DNA from: a virus
Lineage: Duplodnaviria; Caudoviricetes
Reading direction: 5' to 3' (one strand)
Virus record (IMG/VR): IMGVR_UViG_3300020148_000032
Length of the DNA stretch: 64,000 bases
This document shows, piece after piece, positions 20,630-30,614 of this stretch; position 1 is the first letter of the stretch; the number at the start of each line of letters is the position of its first letter. The notes below the pieces were generated by a model, which saw only the letters and a list, made by a program, of their open reading frames with translations, searched no databases and was not told the origin of the DNA. The position numbers and the translations under genes are program-made.

Positions 20630-20666
20630 TAGCAAACCGCCACCGCATAATGGTGGCGGTTTGCTA
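20630..20666. terminator. Intrinsic terminator
   Basis: TAGCAAACCGCCACC...TGGTGGCGGTTTGCTA hairpin. Confidence 0.75.
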
Positions 20667-20682
20667 TTCAAACGTTCAAAAC

Positions 20683-21126
20683 CTATCGCTCAATCACAAC
20701 CTCGGTGGACTTGTTGATGATGGGGAACCAACTGAACAGACCAACACGATAGCCAGTTGTTTCGAAAGTGTAAGTCTCCCCAACAGTGATGCTTCCATAA
20801 ATGTCGGCAGAGTTCGTCACGCCCTCGAACCAGTTATCCTTCACTAAGAGAACACCGCAATTGTCAGTGTAAATCCTCATGGAGGACAAACCTCCCGAGT
20901 TACTCGTGCGATCCTTGTCAGTCACCACACAGTTCTCAAAAGTGCGGACGGGGGAAACATATTGTCCGATTGAGAAGAGACCAAAAACAATGACCCCAAC
21001 AAGACCGATAACAAAGAAAACCCTCCCCGAGCTTACATGCGAACTGCGGGACTTATTCCAAGAGGTCTCAACAGTATTGAATTTTCCGCGGCTCATTTGT
21101 CCAGGGAAGAGATATGCCTTACCCAT
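20683..21126 (-). CDS. Membrane-anchored secreted protein of a type seen in phages
   Basis: One TM, then CVVTDKDR...YTDNCGV...NSADIYG...G.TY.F.T.GYR...FP.I. Confidence 0.75.
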   Translation of the reverse strand: MGKAYLFPGQMSRGKFNTVETSWNKSRSSHVSSGRVFFVIGLVGVIVFGLFSIGQYVSPVRTFENCVVTDKDRTSNSGGLSSMRIYTDNCGVLLVKDNWFEGVTNSADIYGSITVGETYTFETTGYRVGLFSWFPIINKSTEVVIER

Positions 21127-21156
21127 TGCGTCACTCCTTAATAGTTGTTAATCACT

Positions 21157-21186
21157 ATTATAATTGAAACGAATAAGGCTTGTCAA
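21157..21186 (-). promoter_or_regulatory. Sigma70/SigA-type promoter
   Basis: TTGACA-18 nt-TATAAT. Confidence 0.7.
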
Positions 21187-21501
21187 TATCTCTCTTACTT
21201 TAAAAGCCACCCGTAGGTGACCTCTAAAGAATTAGTGTTAAAACTAGCTCTAGTCATTCAGAATGACGATAATGAAAGCCAACCCAAAGGGCGAAAACTC
21301 CACCATCCACACTCTCAATCTGAAGTCACTCAAGACTCATCAAAACTTTTAATAATCTACTTATAGTTTGACAAGTCCACCTGAAAGTTACCTTAAAAGG
21401 AAACCACAGTTGGCTCGCCACGGGTGAGGTTCTAACAGCATATTAGTACTCCACTGACGCATTATTCGTTCCTCAAATTGAACCCGGGCGCGCCCAGTTA
21501 A

Positions 21502-22104
21502 TCAACCCTCTTCAATTCGTGATCTGACAGAACGAATACGTGCGCGCAAAGCCTCACGGAGCTCGTCAACAAGGTCCAAACTAGCATAACCCCACCCGTC
21601 AGCCATAACAGTAACAGTTTTATCAGACGAGAACACAATTGCACTAAAAGGAACAAGTGCTCCATTAGACAACTTCACGTAATAGTCCTTGAAAATAAGG
21701 TCATCATCGCTAGGGTCGGAACCCGAGTTCTCGGACAACCAACTTAATTCGGCAAAGACTTCGAAAGCACTTTTAGGAGCTTCTTCAATGACATTCGCGC
21801 CACTCTCAATTGTCACGACCGAATCAATCATCACTGGGTCCTCACCAAGGTTAAAAGCTCCGTCCCCATTCAAACCAACCCACGAACCAACAGCCCAACC
21901 AACACCACCCCGACGCTTTAACTCTTCCCACTCTGAATTCGTACCACCCGCAAAAATAAAAACCTGCTTCGCATTCAAACCATCAAAAAGAATCGCGGGA
22001 GTCAGATTGATCCCACACTGGTCAAAAAAAGCAACCCACTGTAAAGAATCATTCGAGCCCTCGCTCTTATACTTCGCAAGATTATCAATCATTATGAAAC
22101 CCAC
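21502..22104 (-). CDS. Hypothetical protein
   Basis: 200-aa ORF. Confidence 0.65.
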   Translation of the reverse strand: MGFIMIDNLAKYKSEGSNDSLQWVAFFDQCGINLTPAILFDGLNAKQVFIFAGGTNSEWEELKRRGGVGWAVGSWVGLNGDGAFNLGEDPVMIDSVVTIESGANVIEEAPKSAFEVFAELSWLSENSGSDPSDDDLIFKDYYVKLSNGALVPFSAIVFSSDKTVTVMADGWGYASLDLVDELREALRARIRSVRSRIEEG

Positions 22105-22974
22105 TAACCAATTCTAGAGAATTAATCATCACAAGAACTCTTCGTGAACCCCGCAAGGGTGTCCCCCTTTAAAAAGTTTCTCGCAACAATACTTCTTACC
22201 TATTAAATATTATACATAAAAGAAAGGAGAAGTACAATACTTCTCATCACAAAATTAAAAAGACCAGCCTTTTCAAATTGACGATTACTTGCAATCTAAA
22301 TTGACGACCCAAATACCAATTCCACATTTCAAAAAAAAAGAAAACAACAATGACATTCAGAAACTCCAGAATGTTCACACGCCAGAGGACACGACAAGCA
22401 AGTAAGATCACGCTCTCAAACAAAAACGGATTTTCACTAATTACCTAATGACAGTCCACCCCTGCAAACACTATTCACAAAAACAACCTAAAGGTTCACG
22501 ACAACCTCGGAACCATCAGGAAGGGTTACAACCGCCACCTGCGAATCCTTATCAATCACGCGAACAAGCACATTCACCACAACAAGACCCACTTTCAAAA
22601 AGACTTTGATAAACCTCTGGACTAGCGTCAAGACCCTTCAAAACCCCGCACCGTCAAAAACCGCAGTCTCCCAGGATCACAACTAAAGACGAACAACGCA
22701 TCACGGTTTGACTAAAACACTGTTAGAACAAGAACCACTGTTTCTCATAAACACACTAGGTAATAACAAGCAATGACCCCTGCTAACAGTTTTCAATAAT
22801 CAAAACAAGTGACTCTACAACCAACCAATCCTTAAAGTTTTATCAAACCCGAACCCTCACCGAGAGGTTTGACAACCGCTCCCTCATAAACATTTTTTAA
22901 AAGTGGCGCCACCCAGTGGATAAATGGTAAAGCCCCTCAACACGCTAGACTCTTTGAAAATTAAAAACAGTAGT

Positions 22975-23346
22975 CTAACCCTCGGGGTACAATATAGAGA
23001 ACGCTGACTGCTCGGGTAATTCACCGAACAAGTAAATCGCATCAGCATAAAACGCAAGGACATCCGCGTGACAAGGCAACGGTGCGCAAAAACACTGGAG
23101 TCTTTTACCCTGTAAAGACACCACACTATCCAACAAATCAGAGGTTGCAAGAAAATACTCTTCAAACCTTCGAATCACAACCTTTCGAGATTCAAGTTTC
23201 TCCTCCCGCGACGAACCAGTCAAAGGGTACGGGTTACCCCACTTTGAACCACGACCAACATACACATCAAACGGTGTCTTATGAAACTTATTCACAACAA
23301 GAGTAGGCGTGAAACCAAGACTGTCCACTTTCAACCCGCTTTCCAT
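22975..23346 (-). CDS. DUF4326-family protein
   Basis: DVYVGRGSKWGNPY...L.GKRL.CFCAP.PCHADVL signature. Confidence 0.88.
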   Translation of the reverse strand: MESGLKVDSLGFTPTLVVNKFHKTPFDVYVGRGSKWGNPYPLTGSSREEKLESRKVVIRRFEEYFLATSDLLDSVVSLQGKRLQCFCAPLPCHADVLAFYADAIYLFGELPEQSAFSILYPEG

Positions 23347-23478
23347 TCTACAAACCTACCCTCTAGTTAAATGTAGATCAAATCACCATGCAATCAAAAA
23401 CCCTTAAACATTTTACCAACAATCAACATAGCGACAATCATCAAGCACAATCGAGTCAGGAGCGGTAATTCACACAAA

Positions 23479-23505
23479 CTTTCACAAACACTTTCACAAA
23501 CACTT
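23479..23505. repeat. 12-bp tandem repeat CTTTCACAAACA x2+
   Basis: Directly visible. Confidence 0.8.
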
Positions 23506-23799
23506 ATTCCCTCAGCCTCCCCGCCATCAAAAAATCATTATTCAATTTTTATGCTCGTTCGCTAAAAACAAATAGAATCCAAAATCAACACAAAACCCTA
23601 CGCTCACAACCAACACCACCACACAAACAACACTGAACACGCAGACAACCTTTACCACCACAAAAATAAAAACCCTCACAATTACGCTTACCACACTCAC
23701 ACAAACAACCACCAAACATCAAAAAAAATCAACCCAAAAAATAAAAAAAAGAAAAAAAAAAGAAAACAACCCTGACATGGGGAACACTCCAGCGACAGC

Positions 23800-24930
23800 T
23801 GCCACTAGCCACCCTCCACTTACTCTCACTCTAACCACCAAGTGGTCGCCACCCGATGCCACCACTAACCACCGCTTTTAGACCCCAACGCTTTTAAAGT
23901 CCGCTCGCTTTAACAAGCTTTCACCAACACGACAAGTGCCACCCCATATTCTGAACCCCCAACCCCAATAGGGGCTTTAACCGGCTTTTACAAGCACCGA
24001 GGGTCTCACTCACCCAGGCTCAGGCGGACCGGGGTCCGCCTTCGCCACTGGCCTCCACTATACCAACGAGTAGTTCCAATCACTCTACAAGTCACTAGGT
24101 GTCACGTCCACGCTTGCTCGAGACGTAGCCCAGTGTTCCAATGACACACTCTACACTGTCAGTCACACCTGCGCACTCGAGTGCCCCCTTCGGGGTTCAT
24201 CTCGCACCCAGTTGTTCCTACCAAGTGCTTCACGAGTGTGCCACTTCCACACGACCTACTAGCAGCATGTCCGGACACCATCGCTCCTTGAGAGCGCCTT
24301 CCACTACTCGAGGTACCGTTCCGGACCAGGACTCCCCGCCAAGGGTCCAGCCACCCCAAGTGGGGTGGCTACCCTCGCGGTCCGTCAAGCGCCGGACCAC
24401 CACCTTCACCACTAGGGGTCCATGGCTTCCAACAGCCCTTTACCAAGTTTCCGGAAGGGCCAAGTCTTTACTCCCTTACCGCTCTGCCCAAGCACAAGTC
24501 TACCGTCACCGCCCCAGGGGAGTGCACCGGCGCGAGGCACGCCGGGAGGCGTGCAGAGTGCCAAGGTGCACACGAGCCAGAGGGGTGAGGACCGGTCCAC
24601 AGCGAGCACCGCGAGCGTGTGGAGTTGTCCGGTCCACCACTCGGGCGAGTAAGCCACCAAGGAGTGCCGCGCCACGGGGACGGGGAGCCACAAGTCGTGG
24701 AGCGAGGCGACCGGGTAGCAGCGGTGAACTTTTCAATCAGTTTTAGTAAGTGTTGGAAGTTCACCGGTGCGGACCGGTTGGCGAGCGTAGCGACCTTGGG
24801 GTGGACCGGACCACTAGAGTCACTATGAACGAGTAGCACCAAGTAGTGGTGGTAGGGTGAGTAGTGACTCTATGGCTACGAGCGGAGTGAGTAGTCCCGG
24901 AACGAACGGTAGTGAGGTCCGCGGGTTTGG
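23800..24930. other. GC-rich, non-coding, hairpin-rich island at a strand-skew switch; candidate replication or transfer origin
   Basis: Marked GC rise, several inverted repeats, repeated GCTTT(T/A/C)A and CCGG(A/T)CC motifs; + strand CA-rich to the left and GT-rich to the right. Confidence 0.55.
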
Positions 24931-25165
24931 GTTGTTCTTTGATTAATATAGTAGTATTGTGTTTTTGAGGTTTTTGTTTTAGTAAACGTATTTTTTGTTG
25001 GCTATAAGTGGGACTTAGTTTAGTCCGATATTATTTGTGTTGGGAAACTCTGCTGCTACTGGTATTGGTAGTGTGGGTAGTGGTGTGTTGAGTTTAGTTT
25101 GTAGTATATACTATGTATGTAAGACGCCGTTTCACAGTTGAGGTTTTAGCAAGGTTGGTGTTATT

Positions 25166-28100
25166 GTGAATGATAATCCGTTGAGTGGTTCTAGTGACTC
25201 TAGTGATGTTTCTAAGAAGTTTGTGGTACGTGATCCTTTGAATTCTAGAAAGCCGAACCCTTTGAGTTCTCGTGGTATTGAGGGTGATGGTGTTATTGAT
25301 TCTGAACTTGAGAGCAGTGATCCTCATTTTGTGAGTGATGCTTCTAGAGTGAAGAGGGTTGTTAAACCTTTTGCTCCTAAGGGTTTTGGAGTTCTTGGTT
25401 CGGATGATGGTGGAGTAGAATCAGGTGTTGTTCCTGAGGGTGTTGTTCCGGTTAAGCGTCAGGGTCCTGTTTTTAATTCTAAGAAGGTTGAGGATTTTGG
25501 TAGAAGTCGTGTGGCGAGTGAGACTTCTAATAGTGTTGTTCCAGTTGTTGAAAGTGGTGACTCTGGAGTTGTAATTGGTGTAGAGGGTGGCGAACTTGTT
25601 GTGCCTGTTGTGGAGGGTGATGCGGCTCTTGAGTCTGGAATTGGCATTCCTGAACCTGTTATTCATGATTTTGGTGGAGAGCCTGTTGGTGTTTTTGCTC
25701 TTGATTTTAATTCTGTTGGTGGAGATTCTGTTGCTGAGTTCTCTATTGATGATGTTCTTGGAGAGAGTATTGTTCCTGTGGTGAATGATTTAGTGACCCT
25801 TAGTGATGAGGAGGGTCATCATGTGGATGCTCGAGTATTGAGTGTTGGTGTTGATGGTATTGTGAGTGCTCTTGTTGATTTTGATTCTTGGCGTGAGGTA
25901 CCTTTTGGTTCTTTCGATAGTGATTCAAGTGGCGTGGGTTCTGGCGAGGATGATTTTGGCTCTTTTTATTCGAGTGATGGACCTGTTAGTGATGACTTTG
26001 TGGATGAGGATCCTGTTGGAGAGGATGAGCAGTATTCTTGGGATGAGGAATCTGATTATGTGAGTGAGGGTGGTATTCCTGGTAGAGTAACTCCAGAGTT
26101 CGAGAGCGAATCTTTGGTTATTGAACCTGTTGTTAGTGATGTTTTAGATTCTAATAGTGATTCTGCTAGTGTGGTGAACCCTTTTATAGATAGTGATGAT
26201 TCTGAACTTTCGGGTGATGATTTGGGAGAGGGTGAGGTTGCTGGAGTTGTTAATGATGAACTTGAGGGTGATTCGTTTGTTGGTTCTGGTGATGATTCTT
26301 TAGTTGGTAGTGGTGATTCTCTTTCTCGTGAGCCTTTTAATCCTTTTGTGGATGATGATGGAGTCGAGTATTCTATTGATGTGAGCGGTCTTTCTGGAGG
26401 TGACTCTCGTTTTGTTGAGAGAGATGAGGATGATAGTGATGGCGTTTTTGAGGGGTTTGATTCACAGCTTGATCAAGTGTTGAGTGATGATGAGGATGCT
26501 GTTGCGGGTAGAGTTTCGAGTAGTGAGAGTGGTGAGGGTGAGAGCGAAATCATTGTTAGTGATGAACCTGTTGAAGCTTTTAATCCTTTTGTGGGTGATG
26601 ATGAGGGTGATTTTGATGAGTCTGGTGACTCTTTTGTTGAGGAAGTTGTTGATTCTCGTGGGCGTGTGAGTGAGCCTGGTGGGGGAGATAACCCATTTAT
26701 TGGTAGTGATAGTGATGATTTGCCTTATCGTCCTAGGTTGGTTGATGGTGTTCCTGAGCGTGAGTTGTTGCCAGAGGGTGCTTTGAACCTTGTGAATAGG
26801 GTTCGTGAGACTAGTGTGGAGGATCGTGAGCGTATTCAAGCGGCTCGTGAGAAGGGTTCTTTAACGAAGTCTGGAGTTTTTGATAGTGATTTTAGTCCTA
26901 AGAGGGTGACCGAGGTTGTGGTTGATTCTCGTGGTAGGGGAAAAACTCGAGGTAAGGATCCACTTGTGAGGGGTGAACCTGAAGGTGAGGGTTCTGGTGA
27001 AGAGTTTGGGTCACCTTCGGATTGGGTTGGAGCTACCCCTGTGAGGGAGCGCCAGCGTTACCAGTGGACTCGTGGTGATGGTCGTTTGAATGGTAAAGAG
27101 TTAGAGTTTTTTAGGAATTTAGAGTTAAGTAAGTCAGAGTTCCAGCGTCGTGGAGATAGTGCGGTATTGTTGAGGAAGCCTGCTGGTGGTAATGAGAGTG
27201 AGGCTGAGCGTAAGGAGAGGGTGAAGCGCCTTACGAGAGCTATTGGTGGTCGTGAGGCTTTAGAACGTGGTACTCGTTTTCGTTTTGGGTGGAAGGAACG
27301 TGAGGTGTTAGAGTTCCTTGCAATGTTTAGGTATGCTACAGCTAAGCATTTGTCTCGAATGTTTAGTGAGGCAGAGTCTACCATGTATAAGAGGTTGAAG
27401 AAACTTCGTTTGCAGGGTCTTGTTATTGATAAGAAATTGTATGGGGCTCGTCCTATTTGGTTCCTTACTGAGGCTGGTCTTGTGGTAAGTGGGTTTGATT
27501 TACCGAGGGTTATCGAGTCCAAGTTAACTTTTAGTATGTTCCCTCACCAGTTCACGGTGAATAATACTGCGGCTAATTTGTGGGGAGCTAATGTTGATGT
27601 GTTGCATTTAGATAATTTTCCAGAGCGTAATCGTGAGGATGAGAAGGGTAATCCACGGTTTGGTGAGAAACTTGTGAGTGAGTTAGAGATCCAGTCATCG
27701 TTTGGTAAGTTGAAGATGTTTGATAAGAGTGATGTGTATAGACCACAGATTATTGGTCTTATTGAGCGTGAGTTTGCTGCTTGGGAAGAGGCCGGTGGGG
27801 TAGAGTTTGGACCTAGTCCAGAACAAGTGTATGGTAATGAGTACATGTGGGCTTTAATGCCTCCTTATAATGTGAAGTTGGCTTATCACGTTCCTGATTT
27901 AGTGGTAAAGCGTCCTCGTAATAGTGATGGTACTCCTAATAGTATTGCTGTTGAGATTGAGATTAATAATAAACCTAGTGCTAGTTATGAGAAGACTTTA
28001 AGGGCGTACTTGTTGGACTCCAGGTTGTATTCAAAAGTGATTTGGGTGTGTAAGAATGTTGGGCCTGCTCGAAAGCTTGAAAAGATTGGTAAAGATTTGG

Positions 28101-28186
28101 GTATGTTGCAGAGTGGTAAGCTTAATATTGTCCCTGTTCTTACTGAGGATGGTGTGTTTAAGGAGCGTGACTTGTGGACTTTATAA
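25166..28186 (+). CDS. Replication-relaxation-family-like protein (wHTH plus PD-(D/E)xK) with ~600-aa acidic disordered N-terminus
   Basis: FLAMFRYAT..HL...KRLKKL...GLV...WFLTEAG wHTH; H...PDLVV...IAVEIE..NK...Y nuclease-like core. Confidence 0.75.
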   Translation: MNDNPLSGSSDSSDVSKKFVVRDPLNSRKPNPLSSRGIEGDGVIDSELESSDPHFVSDASRVKRVVKPFAPKGFGVLGSDDGGVESGVVPEGVVPVKRQGPVFNSKKVEDFGRSRVASETSNSVVPVVESGDSGVVIGVEGGELVVPVVEGDAALESGIGIPEPVIHDFGGEPVGVFALDFNSVGGDSVAEFSIDDVLGESIVPVVNDLVTLSDEEGHHVDARVLSVGVDGIVSALVDFDSWREVPFGSFDSDSSGVGSGEDDFGSFYSSDGPVSDDFVDEDPVGEDEQYSWDEESDYVSEGGIPGRVTPEFESESLVIEPVVSDVLDSNSDSASVVNPFIDSDDSELSGDDLGEGEVAGVVNDELEGDSFVGSGDDSLVGSGDSLSREPFNPFVDDDGVEYSIDVSGLSGGDSRFVERDEDDSDGVFEGFDSQLDQVLSDDEDAVAGRVSSSESGEGESEIIVSDEPVEAFNPFVGDDEGDFDESGDSFVEEVVDSRGRVSEPGGGDNPFIGSDSDDLPYRPRLVDGVPERELLPEGALNLVNRVRETSVEDRERIQAAREKGSLTKSGVFDSDFSPKRVTEVVVDSRGRGKTRGKDPLVRGEPEGEGSGEEFGSPSDWVGATPVRERQRYQWTRGDGRLNGKELEFFRNLELSKSEFQRRGDSAVLLRKPAGGNESEAERKERVKRLTRAIGGREALERGTRFRFGWKEREVLEFLAMFRYATAKHLSRMFSEAESTMYKRLKKLRLQGLVIDKKLYGARPIWFLTEAGLVVSGFDLPRVIESKLTFSMFPHQFTVNNTAANLWGANVDVLHLDNFPERNREDEKGNPRFGEKLVSELEIQSSFGKLKMFDKSDVYRPQIIGLIEREFAAWEEAGGVEFGPSPEQVYGNEYMWALMPPYNVKLAYHVPDLVVKRPRNSDGTPNSIAVEIEINNKPSASYEKTLRAYLLDSRLYSKVIWVCKNVGPARKLEKIGKDLGMLQSGKLNIVPVLTEDGVFKERDLWTL

Positions 28187-28234
28187 CGCGACTTGATGAT
28201 ATTATGTGTAGTGTTTTTATAGGAATAGTGGGTT

Positions 28235-29650
28235 TTGATCGTGGTTTTTGATAATGATTCTGGAGAACTACCTGATGAGACTAGTGATAGTTTCTCTTTA
28301 CCTGATGTTAGTCCAGATGAACTTCCAGAATTTCCAGAATTGCCCGATGCGGAAAATTTAGAGGCTCTTATTCAAGAGGCAATTGAGGATTCTGAAGTTG
28401 AAGATGATTTGTTCTCTAGCAGCCTTGATGATCTTATTAAAATGCGTGATTCTTCAGATAACTCTTATGATGAGAATGATTCTTTTGGTGGAGTTTCCGA
28501 TGAAGTTAAAGAGCCGAGAGAGGTTTTATCGAAGTCTTTTGGTGCTTTTGCTGTTGAGGATGATGAGGATCCGTTACTTGGGTTTAATATTGATAAGGTT
28601 TTAAGTGATGCTATTGACCTTGGAGCTTCTGATGTGCATATTAACCCTAATGATCAAGTGAGTTTTACGATACTTGGTGACATTTATAGACAACCTGGTT
28701 ATGTAGAATTGACTGGTAATATTACTCAGAGGTTACAACAAAAGATTATTTCCCATGTTCTTGAGGCTGATTTTGTTGAAGAATTAGAGTTGGACACGAG
28801 TTATGTAATAAAGACTGGCAAGCATCGTGGTCGCCGAATGCGTTTGAGTGTTGGTAAAAGTTTCGGTGAAATCTTCATGGTTTTCCGTGTGATTGCTGAC
28901 AAGGTTCCTACTCCTGAAGAGTTGGGTATCAGTGGAGAATTACTTAGTTGGACAGAGCTACCTAATGGTTTGATAATGGTGAATGGACCTACTGGTACTG
29001 GTAAGAGTACTACGCTTGCTAGCATGTTAAAGAAGATTCAGTTAGAGCGCGCGCAGAAGGTTATTACTATTGAGCGACCTATTGAGTTCGTGTTTGGTAA
29101 TGAGGGTAAGGCTTTAGTAACTCAGCGTGAGGTTGGTAAGGATGCGCGTAGTTTCTCTAATGCTTTGACTAGTGCGATGCGTCAGGCGCCGGATATTATT
29201 ATGGTGGGTGAGGTTCGTAATCGTGTTGAGGTGAATGAGTTGTTAAGGGCTGCTGAGACGGGCCACCTTGCTATTAGTACTATGCATACGAATAGTGCTC
29301 CAGCGACTATTAATCGTATTAAGTCTTTGTATGAGGGTGATGAGCAATTAAGGATTTTGTCTGGACTTAGTGATGTTGCTCGTGGTTTTGCTAATCAGGT
29401 CTTGTTAAAGACTGTTGATGGTAAGGGTCGCTTTGCTGTTCGTGAGGTTCTTCCAGTAACTCGTGAGATTCAAGATTTGATACTTAAGGGTGATGTGAGA
29501 GGTATTCGTGAGTACCAGATTGACAATAAGATTACTATGGAGCATGAACTTGTGAAGGCTGTTAGAAGCGGTAAAGTTGATGTTCGTACTGCTCGAGGTC
29601 AAAGCGCTTACCCTCATTATTTTGATGAGTTAATGAATTCTCGTTTCTAG
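28235..29650 (+). CDS. pilT: PilT/PilU-family ATPase with acidic N-terminal extension
   Basis: ASDVHI, GPTGTGKSTT, TIE.PIE, QREVG.D, RQAPDIIMVGE.R, AAETGHL..STMHTNSA. Confidence 0.88.
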   Translation: MIVVFDNDSGELPDETSDSFSLPDVSPDELPEFPELPDAENLEALIQEAIEDSEVEDDLFSSSLDDLIKMRDSSDNSYDENDSFGGVSDEVKEPREVLSKSFGAFAVEDDEDPLLGFNIDKVLSDAIDLGASDVHINPNDQVSFTILGDIYRQPGYVELTGNITQRLQQKIISHVLEADFVEELELDTSYVIKTGKHRGRRMRLSVGKSFGEIFMVFRVIADKVPTPEELGISGELLSWTELPNGLIMVNGPTGTGKSTTLASMLKKIQLERAQKVITIERPIEFVFGNEGKALVTQREVGKDARSFSNALTSAMRQAPDIIMVGEVRNRVEVNELLRAAETGHLAISTMHTNSAPATINRIKSLYEGDEQLRILSGLSDVARGFANQVLLKTVDGKGRFAVREVLPVTREIQDLILKGDVRGIREYQIDNKITMEHELVKAVRSGKVDVRTARGQSAYPHYFDELMNSRF

Positions 29651-29834
29651 ACATTGGAGTGTAATGATGAATTTTGATGCTTATTATAATGATTCACCTA
29701 TTTATCGTTGTAAGAAGTGTGGTAAGCGGAATGTTGTTGTCTTTGGTAATCTCCCTACTGACTCGAATTTTAAGTGGAAAGAGTAACATCTTTTTGAAAC
29801 TTTTTAGAAAAATCATCTAAATTGGAGTCTTTTT

Positions 29835-30611
29835 ATGCCTAAATACCACATCTCTATAAATGGAGAGCCTGCAGTTTGTAGAGCTTTTAAGCGACCTTGC
29901 CCAGTAGGTGGAGAACATTTTGATACGATGAAAGATGCTAGAGGTTGGCTGGAATCAAAACTTGAGGCACTTACGATCACGTCATTATCAAAGAATCTTG
30001 ATTCTTATCCATTAGTGATGAAGAATGGAGAGCTTGTGAGAACCGGACTTGTCATGTCTAGTAATTTTATTAAAGAGGTTGCAGAGAAAAGCGATAAGAA
30101 TGAGAAGTGGTCTGGAACTTGGGAAGAACTAGAAAACCTTGTCATGAAGAATATGGATAATTGGTCTCCAGGTACTGGTAGTGTGGATGGGGATGTTCGT
30201 TTAGTTCATGTTCCTTCTGAAGGTTTTTATACTAATATTGTAGAAATAAATGATGAGAACAAGCATCTTGTTGAAACTGTTTGGGAAGCTCGAGTTGAGA
30301 AGGAAGATCCGGTACCGATTAGAGTGATCATGGGGGATGAATATGCTCCTGCTCATCATGTGGATGTAGTTCTTTATAGAGCTGATGTTCTTGCTAAGGA
30401 TGATGATAGATCAAGTATTGCTGAGTGGGAAATTGTGAGTGTTAATTCTAAACCTGAAGAATTTGTACCTATGCACCCTAATACTATGAAAAGGAATGCT
30501 TCTAATTCTGTAGGTGGAACGTTAAGGGAATACTCTAAAGAACAGTGGGAAGAGTCCGAAAAGTATTGGGATTCTCATGTATATGTTCGTCTTAAGAAGC
30601 AAGAATTTTAA
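29835..30611 (+). CDS. HCCH-module protein with DUF3228-like C-terminal domain
   Basis: N-terminal MPKYH..C..C..HF module; VVLY...W.IVS...PMHP.TM.RNA...GG...S..YW..H resembles DUF3228. Confidence 0.7.
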   Translation: MPKYHISINGEPAVCRAFKRPCPVGGEHFDTMKDARGWLESKLEALTITSLSKNLDSYPLVMKNGELVRTGLVMSSNFIKEVAEKSDKNEKWSGTWEELENLVMKNMDNWSPGTGSVDGDVRLVHVPSEGFYTNIVEINDENKHLVETVWEARVEKEDPVPIRVIMGDEYAPAHHVDVVLYRADVLAKDDDRSSIAEWEIVSVNSKPEEFVPMHPNTMKRNASNSVGGTLREYSKEQWEESEKYWDSHVYVRLKKQEF

Positions 30612-30614
30612 AGT

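Noticed and set aside
21470-21500. GGTTCAAT T-loop-like motif on the minus strand
   Set aside because: No cloverleaf around it.
22905-22945. tRNA-like D-arm (GTGGATAAATGGTAAAGC)
   Set aside because: No T-arm or acceptor stem could be formed; at most a remnant.
24141-24842. Several overlapping ORFs in the GC-rich island
   Set aside because: Arg/Pro/Ser-rich, present in many frames, no RBS; expected from stop-codon scarcity in GC-rich DNA.
23400-24930. Possible CRISPR array among the repeats
   Set aside because: No constant-length repeats with unique spacers and no cas genes.
25094-27846. Short alternative-frame and antisense ORFs within the 1006-aa gene
   Set aside because: Artefacts of strong GT skew inside a long coding sequence.
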